The position numbers and the translations under genes were made by a program. Below the pieces are notes generated by a model. It searched no databases. It was not told where the DNA came from and was given only the letters and a program-made list of their open reading frames with translations. Shown here in pieces: positions 8,347 through 19,998 of a stretch of 64,000 nt of DNA. Source of the DNA: Vulcanimicrobiota bacterium (GTDB taxonomy: Bacteria; Vulcanimicrobiota; Xenobia; Xenobiales; QWHO01); NCBI GenBank assembly GCA_039809865.1, contig JBDHVW010000005.1, forward strand, positions 10,671-74,670. Direction: 5' to 3'. Numbering within the stretch: position 1 is the stretch's first letter; the number at the start of each line of letters is the position of its first letter.

Positions 8347-9555
8347 CTATTTCGCCCGCCACCGCTCCTCGATCCTGTCGCAGGCCGTCTGGACGCCATC
8401 CTCGCCGGCTATGACCCGGGCCACCTCAGCGCAGCCATCGGACGGCAGGCGTTGGAGCCGGCGCGCCAGCCGGCCCGGCGACACCCGGGCGAAGGGGAGC
8501 CAGCGGCCACAGCGCAGCCTCTCCACCCGCCCGGCGTTGTCGAACTGGTCGTGGGCGAACGGCACGACCAGCTGGGGCCGGCCGGACCGCAGAGCCTGGG
8601 CCGTGGTGCCGATGCCGCCCGAGTGCACGATGGCGCCCGCGCGCGGAAAGAGCCGGAAGTAGGGAGCCGAGGGCAGCGCGAGCACGTGCGCGGGCAGAAC
8701 CCCGAGCTCGGCCTTGCCGCTCAGCAACACGGCGCGTCGTCCCAGGCCCGCGGCCAGACGGTAGAAGTCGGAGGCCATTCGGACCGCCGTGGAGCCCAGC
8801 GTAAAGACGACCGGAGGCTCGCCGGCCGCCAGGAACTCCTCCAGGCGCTGGTCGAGGCCGGTCGCGCCGCCCAGGTCCTCATCCAGGAAAGGAAAGCCGC
8901 ATTGATGCGCGTGGGGCGGCCAGTCTGGCTGGGGAGCTGCGAGAGCGCGCGAGAACAGCACCAGCACGCCGTGGGGCGAATGCTGCCCGGTAAAAATGGG
9001 GTCCTCGCCCGGGCCGAGTCCCAGGCGCCGCCGGAAGGCACGAACCGGTTCTCCCCACGGGTGAGAGAATTTGCGCAGCTGGCCCAGCAAAAGCTTGTGA
9101 AAGCCCGGCCCCAGGGGGCGCAAAGCCCTCAGCCAGGGGGCGGGAGCCATGATGGGCGGGTCATAGGCCGACATGAGGGCGATCGGCTGCAGCACCACGT
9201 TCATCCAGGGCAGGCCCTTCTTTTCGGCCAGGATGGGTCCCGCGAAAACCAGAAAATGGGTCAGGAGCAGGTCGGCACCCTCGCAGGCGCGCTCGAGGTC
9301 AAGGTAGGTCTCGTTCAGGGCGGGCATCACCAGTTGCGAGATGACGTAGGCCGAGCCGGCTCTGGGGTCGAGGATTTTGGGCAGCAAGGTGGGATCGTCG
9401 ATGTCGATGTCGGGCCGGATGGCTACGAAGTCGATTCCCTCGCGGGCGGCCTCGGCCGCGTACTGATAGGGCGCGGCCAGCACGATGGAGTGCCCGCGCC
9501 GCTTGAGCTCGCGGCCGAGGGTAAGATAAGGGTTGACGTCCCCGTGCGACCCCAT
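8347..9555 (-). CDS. glycosyltransferase family 1 (UDP-glycosyltransferase, MGT/macrolide-GT-like)
   Basis: 402-aa ORF with GSHGDVNP (GT1 N-terminal motif), a C-terminal UDP-sugar binding region (HSGGIGTTAQAL...PQLVVPFAHDQFDNAGRVE). The conserved ...KRIVLSAMGSHG continues in frame upstream of the first ATG with no canonical start codon. Confidence 0.85.
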   Translation of the reverse strand: MGSHGDVNPYLTLGRELKRRGHSIVLAAPYQYAAEAAREGIDFVAIRPDIDIDDPTLLPKILDPRAGSAYVISQLVMPALNETYLDLERACEGADLLLTHFLVFAGPILAEKKGLPWMNVVLQPIALMSAYDPPIMAPAPWLRALRPLGPGFHKLLLGQLRKFSHPWGEPVRAFRRRLGLGPGEDPIFTGQHSPHGVLVLFSRALAAPQPDWPPHAHQCGFPFLDEDLGGATGLDQRLEEFLAAGEPPVVFTLGSTAVRMASDFYRLAAGLGRRAVLLSGKAELGVLPAHVLALPSAPYFRLFPRAGAIVHSGGIGTTAQALRSGRPQLVVPFAHDQFDNAGRVERLRCGRWLPFARVSPGRLARRLQRLPSDGCAEVARVIAGEDGVQTACDRIEERWRAK

Positions 9556-9574
9556 CGCCGACAGGACGATGCGC

Positions 9575-9823
9575 TTACTCGTGGTCGGCCGCCCTGAGAG
9601 CCGCCGAGATCTTGGCCGACAGGCCGGGCGGCAGCACCGCCGGCTGGAGTTTCGTCCGCACCTCCTCGAGCAGCGCGACCTCGAAGGTGTATTCCTCCAG
9701 GCAGACGGCGCAGGTCTCCAGGTGCTCCTTCATCTTCTCGGTCTCTTCGGCCGTCAGCTCGCGATCGAGGTAGTCGGGCAGCCGCCGGAAGAACATCTCG
9801 CAGGTATAGCGATCGGGGGTCAT
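9575..9823 (-). CDS. zinc-finger anti-sigma factor (RsrA/ChrR-like)
   Basis: Starts at MTPDRYTCEMFF (ATG 9823) with GGAGA 10 nt upstream. Contains the H-x3-C-x2-C motif (HLETCAVCLEEY) and lies immediately downstream of the ECF sigma factor gene with a 4-nt overlap. Confidence 0.7.
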   Translation of the reverse strand: MTPDRYTCEMFFRRLPDYLDRELTAEETEKMKEHLETCAVCLEEYTFEVALLEEVRTKLQPAVLPPGLSAKISAALRAADHE

Positions 9824-10395
9824 GCGGGTTGTCTCCTGTCTACCAATCCCGCTTCCAGGGCGGCATCCCACAACTGGCGTTGCAGCATCTTGCGGCCCCG
9901 GTGCAGGCGCGAGCGCACCGTCCCCACCGGCACTCCCACGACTTCGGAAATCTCGAGATAGGACATCTCCTGGACGAAATAGAGCGAGCAGACCGAGCGG
10001 AACTCGTCCGCCAGGCTCTCGAGGGCGCGCGTGACCTGCTCCTGGCTGAGGCGCCCGATGACCTGGCGGGCCGGGTCGGCTTGCGGATCTTCGAAGAGCC
10101 CGGCCCCCTTGGCGCTGCGAAAAAGGTGCAGGTCGGAGGTCTCGTCCACGCTGACGGTCACGGGGGCGCGTTTGGCGCGGCGATACTGCTCGAGGTAGAG
10201 GTTGGTCACGATGCGCAGGAACCAGGCCCGGAAGTTGGTGCCCCCCTGGAACGTGTGGAAAGCGCGGAAGGCGCGCAGCGCGGCCTCCTGCACCAGGTTC
10301 TCGGCCGCGTCTCCGTCGCCGCGCGTGAGATGGCGCGCGGTCGCGTAGGCCTGCGTAAGAACCGGCGTGAGGAGGGCCTCGAACTGCTCTACCAC
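9820..10395 (-). CDS. RNA polymerase sigma factor, ECF subfamily
   Basis: About 191 aa from a GTG start overlapping the pentapeptide gene stop. Sigma-70 region 2 (ENLVQEAALRAFRAFHTF...NFRAWFLRIVTN) and region 4 (LSQEQVTRALESL...EISEVVGVPVGTVRSRLHRGR) are both present. Confidence 0.8.
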   Translation of the reverse strand: MVEQFEALLTPVLTQAYATARHLTRGDGDAAENLVQEAALRAFRAFHTFQGGTNFRAWFLRIVTNLYLEQYRRAKRAPVTVSVDETSDLHLFRSAKGAGLFEDPQADPARQVIGRLSQEQVTRALESLADEFRSVCSLYFVQEMSYLEISEVVGVPVGTVRSRLHRGRKMLQRQLWDAALEAGLVDRRQPA

Positions 10396-11066
10396 ACGGG
10401 CCCCAGCAAGGCGGCCGAGGAGAGCGCCAATTCGCGCTCCCAGCCGCGGCAGTCGACCATGACGGTGCGCGCCAGGATGGCGTCGGCGAAGTTGCAGCCG
10501 GTCAGGTCGGCGCCGTTGAAGTTGGCCAGCGTCAGATCGGCCAGGGAAAGGTCGGCCAGGGCCAGGCAGGCCCGCGTGAAATCGGCTTCCACCAGCTCGG
10601 CGCCCTTCAGGTGCGCCCCCGCCAGGTTGGCCGAGCTGAAACGGGCTGCGGTGAGCTGAGCCCCGGTCAGGTTCGCCTCGGCCAGGGAGGCCTCGGTGAA
10701 GTCGGCTCTCGCCAGCAAAACCCCCGCCAGGCTGGCGCGGCCGAGGTTGGCCCATTTGGCCCACACCCCTTCGAGGCGCGCTCCCTCCAGGTGGGCGCCG
10801 GTCAGGTTGGTGGCCAGCAAGACGGCCCGGCTCAATTCGGCGTGGCGCAGGTCGCAGCCCGTCAGGTCGGCGGCCGTCAGCTCGGCGCAGCGCAGGTTGG
10901 CGCCGGACAGATTCGCCTCGCGCAGGTCGGCCGAGCCCAGGTCGGCACCCCGCAGGTCGAGACCGCGCAGGTCGGCGCCGCGCAAATCGGCATAGCCCAG
11001 ATTGGCGCCCGGCCCGAGAGAGCCGAGCGCCGCTCCCGTCCCCTTGTGGCGAACCTGAACGGCCAT
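10389..11066 (-). CDS. pentapeptide repeat protein
   Basis: 225-aa ORF made almost entirely of A(D/N)LxG-type pentapeptide repeats (ADLRGADLRGLDLRGADLGSADLREANLSGANL...). Confidence 0.8.
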   Translation of the reverse strand: MAVQVRHKGTGAALGSLGPGANLGYADLRGADLRGLDLRGADLGSADLREANLSGANLRCAELTAADLTGCDLRHAELSRAVLLATNLTGAHLEGARLEGVWAKWANLGRASLAGVLLARADFTEASLAEANLTGAQLTAARFSSANLAGAHLKGAELVEADFTRACLALADLSLADLTLANFNGADLTGCNFADAILARTVMVDCRGWERELALSSAALLGPVW

Positions 11067-11087
11067 CAGGCCGGCGGTTCGCGAAGG

Positions 11088-13614
<2,527 letters not shown>

Positions 13615-13634
<20 letters not shown>

Positions 13635-14664
13635 TCTTGATTCCCCCTTTGCCCAGAACTTGCGTGAACTCGGAGACCGGGTAGCGGCCGGTGATCAGGG
13701 CGTCCAGCGCCCGGGGAAACAGCTCGCGGAAGCGCCCCAGGTCGCGCACCGCGGCCTCGAAGGCGTCACGGCCCGCGTTGACCGTGCCCAGGATGACCTG
13801 ATTCTTGAGCACGATCGCGCGCATGAGCTCGCCCGACTCGAGGTTGATGACCGCCTTACGCCCCGGAACCCCGGTGAAGCAAAAGATTCCGTTGGTGCCC
13901 AGGAGTCCGAGCGCCTCGAAGGCCAGCTCCGAGGCTCCCACGGCTTCGTAGATCAGGTCCGGGGGAGCCAGCTCGGTCAGTGGCCCGGCGTGATAGCGAG
14001 CTCCCAGCGACTCGACCAGCTCGCTGCGGGGGCCGCCGGCCGGCTCGCGCGAGTAGACGACCGTCTCGAACCCTCGCGCCTTCAGCAGCATGGCCCCCAG
14101 CAGGCCCACCGGCCCGGCGCCCAGCACGAGCGCCCGGCGCCCTTTCCAGGGCAGCCGCTCCTGCACGTCGTCCACCTGGATCAGCGCCTTTTCGGCGATC
14201 GTGAGAGGCTCCACCAGGACGGCCCAGGGCCGCAGCTCCTCGGGCACCCGGATCAGGTAGCGCTCCTCTTCGACCACCAGCTCGGTATTGAAGCCGTGGA
14301 GCCCGTTGATGCCCCGTTCGGCGAACTTGCCGGTGAAGCAGAAGTCCTGACGGCCGGCGTTGCAGGCATCGCACTCGGCCAGACCGCACGGACGGCGCAC
14401 GGTCGGCACCACCAGATCTCCGACCGCCAATCGGGCCTTTGCCCCCACCTCGACCACCCGCGCCAGCGACTCGTGCCCGATCACCAGCCAGTCATCGCCC
14501 TGCGGCGGCGTGCCGTAGTGAAACCCGCAGATCTCCTTGTCGGTACCGCAGATCCCGACCTCCAGAACCCGGAGCTTGACCTGGGTGGGCGACTCGATGC
14601 CGGGCTCGGGCACCTCGATCAGCTCCACCTGGTGGGTGGACGGTTTGACAGCCAGGGCTTTCAT
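13615..14664 (-). CDS. zinc-dependent medium-chain dehydrogenase, glucose 1-dehydrogenase-like
   Basis: 349 aa from MKALAVKP (GGAGG RBS). The GHE, catalytic and structural Zn Cys motifs (GICGTD, GHESLARV, C-x2-C-x2-C...) and the overall pattern are very close to archaeal-type glucose 1-dehydrogenases. ATGA overlap with the GMC gene. Confidence 0.8.
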
Positions 14665-16223
14665 TGTTTTCCTCCATTCAGCGCGTAGGCGTGGGTTTGG
14701 GCGTTGAGTCGTCCCAGCAGGTGGTCGCCCACCCGCAAAGCGTTGGCCATGATGGTCAGGGCCGGGTTGGTGGCCGCGCTGGACGGGAAGAAGCTCCCGT
14801 CCACGCAGTAGAGGTTGTCCAGCTCGTGGGCGCGGCAGTTGCGATCCAGGGCCGACTGGCCCGGGTCGTCGCCGAAGCGCACCGTGCCGCACTGGTGGGC
14901 GGTCCCCGCCAGGGGGATGCGCTTGCCCAGGTAGAGCTCCATCGGGACGAGCTCCTCCTCGCACTGGATGTGGTTCAGCATCGATTTCAGGCGCCGTTCC
15001 AGTCGCTTGTGACCCTCCAGGTTGTTGGGGGTGTAGCTCAGCCGGATCCGTCCGTCTTTCTCGAGACCGACGCGGTTGAAAGGGTCCGGCAGGTCCTCGG
15101 ACGTCATCCAGAAGTCCAGGGCGTGGTCGGCCATCAGCTCCAGGGCCATTCCCGGCGCGATGGCCGGCGCGCCCGCCTCGAGCATCTCGCGGGTGGACTT
15201 GCCCAGCATCTGGATGTGCCCCATCGGGAACTCGAAACCGTCCTCGCCGAAGTAGAAGTCGTTCAAACCCAGCGTCTTTTGGAAACGCGTGGGGTTGGGA
15301 TGGCGCGAGATGGCCAGGAAAGCCGAGTTGTTGTGGGCCATGTAGTGGCGTCCCACCGTGTCCGAGCCGTTGGCCAGGCCCCTGGGGTGCCGCTCGTTGG
15401 CCGAGCGCAGCAGCAGGGCGGCCGAGTTGATCGCCCCGGCGGCCACCACGACGAGATGCCCGCGCACGATCTCGCCGCTTTCCAGCACGACGCCGGTAAC
15501 GTCGCGTCCGCTGGGCGAGGTCAGCAAGCGCTCCACTCTGGCTCCCGTGCGCAGCTCCACGTTCGCGTGGCGCAGAGCCGGGTCGACACAGGTGACCTGC
15601 GCGTCGGCCTTGGCGTTGAGCGGGCAGGGGAAGCCGTCGCAGGCCTGGCAACGGATGCAGGCCGACAGGTGGGGGCGCTGCTCGTCCAGTTGCAGGCCCA
15701 GCGGCAGGGGGAACGGATGCAGCCCCTGTCGGCGCAGGTCCTCGTACAGGTCGAGGATGCGCGGCTCGTGACGCACCGGCCCGTGCGGGTAGGGCGCCGA
15801 GCTGTAGGGCTCGGTGGGGTCGGCCCCGCGCTGCCCGTGCACACCGTAAAGTTGCTCGGCCTGGGTGTAGTAGGGCTCGAACTCGTCATAGCCCACGGGC
15901 CACGCGGGGGAAATTCCCCCGTGATGCTGCAGCTCGCCGAAGTCCTCGGCCCGAAAGCGCAGCAGGGCGGCTCCGAAGACCTTGGTATTGCCTCCGACAT
16001 AGTAGTGGATGCCTGGCGCGAACGCCTTGCCCTTTTTGTCCAGCCAGGACTCGTGCGCCTTGTAGCGATTGTGCACGAACACCTCGCGGGCATCCCAGTT
16101 CTGGGGCTCGCGCGGAAGATAGTCGCCCCGCTCGAGCAAGAGAATGCGCCGTCCCGAAGGCGCCAGGCGATGCGCCAGGGTTCCGCCCCCGGCGCCGGTT
16201 CCGATGATGATCACGTCGTACAT
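14661..16223 (-). CDS. GMC family oxidoreductase (FAD-dependent)
   Basis: 520 aa with an N-terminal FAD-binding GxGxxG (DVIIIGTGAGGG) and a C-terminal GMC signature (CGTVRFGDDP...VDGSFFPSSAATNP). Confidence 0.85.
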   Translation of the reverse strand: MYDVIIIGTGAGGGTLAHRLAPSGRRILLLERGDYLPREPQNWDAREVFVHNRYKAHESWLDKKGKAFAPGIHYYVGGNTKVFGAALLRFRAEDFGELQHHGGISPAWPVGYDEFEPYYTQAEQLYGVHGQRGADPTEPYSSAPYPHGPVRHEPRILDLYEDLRRQGLHPFPLPLGLQLDEQRPHLSACIRCQACDGFPCPLNAKADAQVTCVDPALRHANVELRTGARVERLLTSPSGRDVTGVVLESGEIVRGHLVVVAAGAINSAALLLRSANERHPRGLANGSDTVGRHYMAHNNSAFLAISRHPNPTRFQKTLGLNDFYFGEDGFEFPMGHIQMLGKSTREMLEAGAPAIAPGMALELMADHALDFWMTSEDLPDPFNRVGLEKDGRIRLSYTPNNLEGHKRLERRLKSMLNHIQCEEELVPMELYLGKRIPLAGTAHQCGTVRFGDDPGQSALDRNCRAHELDNLYCVDGSFFPSSAATNPALTIMANALRVGDHLLGRLNAQTHAYALNGGKQ

Positions 16224-16919
16224 CTAAGCGAGCTCCTTACGTCCGAATGCGCAGCGGAAGAGACAGGGCTGGTCGTTCAGGTGGTGCAGCTTGGCGCAGG
16301 CCACGGGCCCCCGGTAGAGCCAGCCCGCTGCCAGCATCCCCGCCAGAGGCGCCAGGAGGTAGATCCAGAGGTCGCGCAGGTCACCCGCCCAGAAGGCGGA
16401 GGCGAAGCAGCGGGCCGGATTCAGTCCCACCGGGGCGAAACAGTAGAGGTAGGTTGCGAGCAACCAGGCGGCCACCCCAGGCGTGTGCCGGTGGAAGCTC
16501 GAGTTGGAAACGGTCAGCACGGTCAGCATCATCCCCATCGCCAGGGCGAACTCGGCCACGAAGGCCAGCGCCGGGTGGGAGGCGGGATGAAGACTCAGGA
16601 AATCGACCGCGCGCAGGGCTTTGCCGGCCAGGAGGAAGGCCAGGCCGAGGCCCAGGAGCGCCCCGGCGAACTGGGCGAGCACGTAACCGGCAGCATCGCG
16701 AGGGGCGACCTTGCCCAGGCGCGTGAACGTAAGCGTCACCGCCGGGTTGAAGTGGGCGCCCGAGCGTTGGCCCCAGGGCGAAGTGGTGAGCGCGAAGGCG
16801 GTGCCGGCCAGCAGAAGGGCGCTGGCGGCACGATTCTCGTGGAGCACGAAACTCGTGACGCAAGCCACCAGCATGAAGCACCCGAGGCCGACGGCCTCGA
16901 TGAGATACTCCTTCTTCAT
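16224..16919 (-). CDS. MIP/aquaporin family channel
   Basis: 231 aa with six TM segments and two NPA boxes (HFNPAVT, GLNPARC). The stop abuts the GMC start. Confidence 0.8.
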   Translation of the reverse strand: MKKEYLIEAVGLGCFMLVACVTSFVLHENRAASALLLAGTAFALTTSPWGQRSGAHFNPAVTLTFTRLGKVAPRDAAGYVLAQFAGALLGLGLAFLLAGKALRAVDFLSLHPASHPALAFVAEFALAMGMMLTVLTVSNSSFHRHTPGVAAWLLATYLYCFAPVGLNPARCFASAFWAGDLRDLWIYLLAPLAGMLAAGWLYRGPVACAKLHHLNDQPCLFRCAFGRKELA

Positions 16920-18148
16920 CGCACCAGCACCGAGTTGAAGCCGCCGAACCCATCCTTCTCGCGGGCGGGGTTACAGGGGTCTTCTTCCCACCGCTCCGCG
17001 TCGATCAGGAACTTGTAGCTGTAGCGGCCCGGCGCGGGCGACGCGAGGCTGGCGCGCCAGAGGCCGCCCTTGCGCTCGAGCGGCACGAGCTCCTCCAGCC
17101 AGCTGGCCTGCAGCTCGACCTGGCTGGCGGCGGGCTCGAGGAATTGGAAGACGAGTCGTCCCCGGTGGAGCCTCGGGGTCGTCAGTTGCCCGAAGGACCG
17201 GGCCTGCTCGAGAGCCGCGTGGGCGTTGACGGATCCGAATCCCTGGCGCAGACGCGGCTGGCCCTCCAGGAAGTCGGCCGTGGACATCAAGATCTGTTTG
17301 ATGGCGCCGGGCGTAAGGTCGGGGTTGAGGGCCAGCATGCGGGCGGCCAGCGAGGCCACCAGCGGAGCGGCGAATGACGTCCCGTCCACGTGCTGGTAGT
17401 GGGTGCTTACCAGCTTGCGCTCCAGCAGCTCTTGCTCGAGGTCGTGCCGGGGGCGATCCAGCTGGTCGTCGGGCAGCGCCAGAAGCTCGGCCAGTCGCTC
17501 GGCGTGGCGCCACTCCGGGGTTCCTTTCACGAGGGGAGCGGCCACCCACATCGCGGGAGCGATCACCTCTGGCTTGAGCCCGTCGTCGCCGTAGCTCGAG
17601 CAGTAGAGCTCCGACCCGGCCGAGCCGCCCACGGTGAGAGCACGCGGGGCCGTCGCGGGTGGATAGGGGAGCGGATTCTGACTGCAACCCGAGTTGCCGG
17701 CCGCGACCACGACCGTGATGCCGCGGGCGACCAGGCGATCCACGGCGTCGTTCAGGCGCTCGTCCTCGCCGCCCAGCGAGATGCTGAGCACCTGGATGCC
17801 CAGTCGGTGGCCGTTTTGCTCGATCCACTCCAGGCCCTCCAGAATCGAGGCGTCGTCGCGGGGATCGACGGCGACCAGCACCACGTCGGCCTGCCAGGCC
17901 AGCCCGCGGTAAGCGCCGTCCGACAGGGTTCCGTCGCCGGCCGCCACGACCGATGTCTGGGTGCCGTGCCAGACGTTGTCACCCTGACCGTGGCGGGCCT
18001 TGATGCGCCCCTTCAGGTCGGGGTGCTCGCTGAACCCGGCGTCCAGGAACGCGATGGTGACCCCCCGGGCGCCGTCTCCCGGGGCCACTCCGAGCAACTC
18101 ACAGGTCGGCATGACGGCGAAGCGGTTGAGAACGTGAAGGTGACTCAT
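16916..18148 (-). CDS. S8 subtilisin-like serine peptidase with C-terminal CBM48/AMPK-beta-like glycogen-binding domain
   Basis: 410 aa from MSHLHVL (GGAGG RBS). The Asp/His/Ser triad motifs (AFLDAGF; HGTQTS; GTSFAAP) are present, and the C-terminal ~90 aa (LVFQFLEPAASQVELQASW...YSYKFLIDAERWEEDP) resembles CBM48. ATGA overlap with the MIP gene. Confidence 0.8.
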   Translation of the reverse strand: MSHLHVLNRFAVMPTCELLGVAPGDGARGVTIAFLDAGFSEHPDLKGRIKARHGQGDNVWHGTQTSVVAAGDGTLSDGAYRGLAWQADVVLVAVDPRDDASILEGLEWIEQNGHRLGIQVLSISLGGEDERLNDAVDRLVARGITVVVAAGNSGCSQNPLPYPPATAPRALTVGGSAGSELYCSSYGDDGLKPEVIAPAMWVAAPLVKGTPEWRHAERLAELLALPDDQLDRPRHDLEQELLERKLVSTHYQHVDGTSFAAPLVASLAARMLALNPDLTPGAIKQILMSTADFLEGQPRLRQGFGSVNAHAALEQARSFGQLTTPRLHRGRLVFQFLEPAASQVELQASWLEELVPLERKGGLWRASLASPAPGRYSYKFLIDAERWEEDPCNPAREKDGFGGFNSVLVR

Positions 18149-18588
18149 TGGACCTCCTTGAGCATGCGCTCGATTTCGTGCAGTTTGCGGTGGGTGAGCA
18201 CGCTGATCTCGTAGTCGAGCTCGGCGCGCTTGTCGGCGAAAGCGGACTGGCGGTTCTGGCTGATCATCAGCACTCCGGTGATGAAGATGGCCTCGACCGA
18301 CAGGATGATGCCCAGCAACCCGAACGGGTAAGCGTCGAAGCGCGCCGCCACGGTCAGGACCAGGGTGTTGAGCACGACCCAGAGGACGAACCACAGTCCG
18401 TGCACCACCAGGAAGTGCGGAGCACCGATGAAAGCGGCGATCCGGTCCGCCACGGCCTGATGCCAGCGGGTGTCGGCGTCGAACTCCTCGCGGGCGTAGC
18501 GCAGGCCACCCAGGGCCTTGCCGCATTCCTCGTTGGCGCAGAAGATGGCGTCGGGAGAGTTTTCCGTGCTGCAGACGGGGCAGATCAT
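18145..18588 (-). CDS. DUF1003 family membrane protein with N-terminal zinc ribbon
   Basis: 147 aa starting MICPVCSTENSPDAIFCANEECGK (zinc ribbon) followed by a DUF1003-like two-TM region; GGAGG RBS. The upstream 5' extension in the 6-frame track is R/G-rich junk. Confidence 0.65.
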   Translation of the reverse strand: MICPVCSTENSPDAIFCANEECGKALGGLRYAREEFDADTRWHQAVADRIAAFIGAPHFLVVHGLWFVLWVVLNTLVLTVAARFDAYPFGLLGIILSVEAIFITGVLMISQNRQSAFADKRAELDYEISVLTHRKLHEIERMLKEVQ

Positions 18589-19856
18589 GCCTCCACCCTC
18601 GCTTTCTCCCGCGAGGTGTCCAGGAACTGGACCAGCTCGCGCCGGAAGAACAGGTCCAGAGTCCAGTCCAGCGCGACCCGCAGCTTCTTCTCGAGCCGGG
18701 GCAGCTTGGCGAGGTAGATCGTGCGCCACAGCCACCAGGCGGGGAAGCCCGAGAAGTGCATCCCCATGACCTGGGCCACGCCGGTGCGCTTTCCCAGGGC
18801 GGCCAGCTGACCCAGCATGCGGTAGCCGAAGGCTTTCTTGGGCCGGCCGGTCAACTCGGCCACCAAATTCTGAGCCATCACCTTGCCCTGGCGCACGGCG
18901 TGCTGAGCGGTCGGTGGGCACGGCTCGCTGCTGAGCGCGTTGGGCACCAGGGCGCAGTCGCCCAGGGCCCAGACGCCGGGCCATTCCGGCAGCTGCATGG
19001 TGGCGTCCACCACCAGCCGGCCCCGCTCCTTGCGGCAGGGAAGCTCGTCGAGCAGCCGGGGAGCCTTTTGTCCGGCCGTCCAGACCAGCGTGCACGCCGG
19101 CAGCTCCTCGCCGCTCGCCAGCTGCACCGCCCCGTGGAGGTAGCTCTTCACGCGGGTGTTCAGGCGCACCTCGACACCCTGCCGGACGAGCTGTCGCTCG
19201 GTGTACTCCCCCAGGGCCCGGTCCAGCTCGGGCAGCACGCGGTCGCCCGAGTGCACCAGCACGGTGCGGATCATCTCCGGCCGCAGGTTGCGATACTGCC
19301 CCAGCGTCTCGCGGACGCAGTCATTGATGCCCGCGACCGTCTCCACTCCGGCGAACCCTCCTCCGGCCACCACGAATGTCAGCTCTTGCTTGCGCTGGGA
19401 GGCGGCGCACTCGGTATCCGCCTCCTCCAGCAGCGAGATAACGTGGTTGCGTAGCTTCAGGGCGTCGTGCAGGGACTTCATGCGGAGCGCTTGCTCCATT
19501 CCGGGAAGGCCGTAGTCGTTCGTCACCAGTCCCAGCGCCAGCACCAGCTGGTCATACGGGAGCTGGTGCGAATGGCCGTCAGCGCCGTGCGTGACCGTGA
19601 CCTCCTTGCGCATGAGGTCGATCGACCCGACCTCGGCGACCACCAGATCGCAGCTCTTGAGAAGGGTGCGGACGGGCGATACCACGTGCCCCAGCTCCAA
19701 CTCGCTCGAGGCGACCTCGTGCAGCATCGGCGTGAACAGGGTGAAGTTGTCCCGGTTGACGACGGTGATCTCGAGGTTGTGCCGCTTCTTGTGTTTCTGC
19801 AGGTGCTGGGCCACCGCCAGTCCGGCGAACCCCGCGCCCAGGATCAGGATTTTCAT
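18585..19856 (-). CDS. ndh: type II NADH:quinone oxidoreductase (NDH-2)
   Basis: 423 aa from MKILILGAGFAGL. Two Rossmann dinucleotide-binding motifs (GAGFAG..., VVAGGGFAGVE) and the overall NDH-2 pattern are present. Confidence 0.85.
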   Translation of the reverse strand: MKILILGAGFAGLAVAQHLQKHKKRHNLEITVVNRDNFTLFTPMLHEVASSELELGHVVSPVRTLLKSCDLVVAEVGSIDLMRKEVTVTHGADGHSHQLPYDQLVLALGLVTNDYGLPGMEQALRMKSLHDALKLRNHVISLLEEADTECAASQRKQELTFVVAGGGFAGVETVAGINDCVRETLGQYRNLRPEMIRTVLVHSGDRVLPELDRALGEYTERQLVRQGVEVRLNTRVKSYLHGAVQLASGEELPACTLVWTAGQKAPRLLDELPCRKERGRLVVDATMQLPEWPGVWALGDCALVPNALSSEPCPPTAQHAVRQGKVMAQNLVAELTGRPKKAFGYRMLGQLAALGKRTGVAQVMGMHFSGFPAWWLWRTIYLAKLPRLEKKLRVALDWTLDLFFRRELVQFLDTSREKARVEA

Positions 19857-19944
19857 CGTTGACCTCGCTTTCATGAAGGTCAATGACGGGGGGATGGAAA
19901 GGTTCCCGACTTTGGAAGGAATTTTGATACGGATGGATCCAATG

Positions 19945-19972
19945 AAAAAGGCCCGCCGGGGTGGGCGGGCCT
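19945..19972 (-). terminator. rho-independent terminator of the Cys-repeat protein gene
   Basis: On the minus strand: GGCCCGCC-CACCCC-GGCGGGCC hairpin followed by TTTTT. Confidence 0.6.
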
Positions 19973-19998
19973 CGTTTCTAGCGGACCGGTTGCCGAGC

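Noticed and set aside
7729-9597. 622-aa plus-strand ORF spanning the GT1 and NTase-like genes
   Set aside because: Antisense to a well-supported GT1 gene; composition is R/G/A/P-rich junk with no motifs.
14665-15651. N-terminal extensions of several 6-frame ORFs (e.g. 13615..15651, 16916..18526, 18145..19095, 31934..33598, 49672..50835)
   Set aside because: The extensions are out-of-frame read-through over the upstream gene (R/G/P-rich). Starts were reset to internal Met/Val codons preceded by GGAGG-type RBS and matching family N-termini.
14664-17018. 784-aa plus-strand ORF across the GMC, MIP and protease genes
   Set aside because: Antisense to three genes with strong family signatures; the translation is His/Arg/Gly-rich low complexity.
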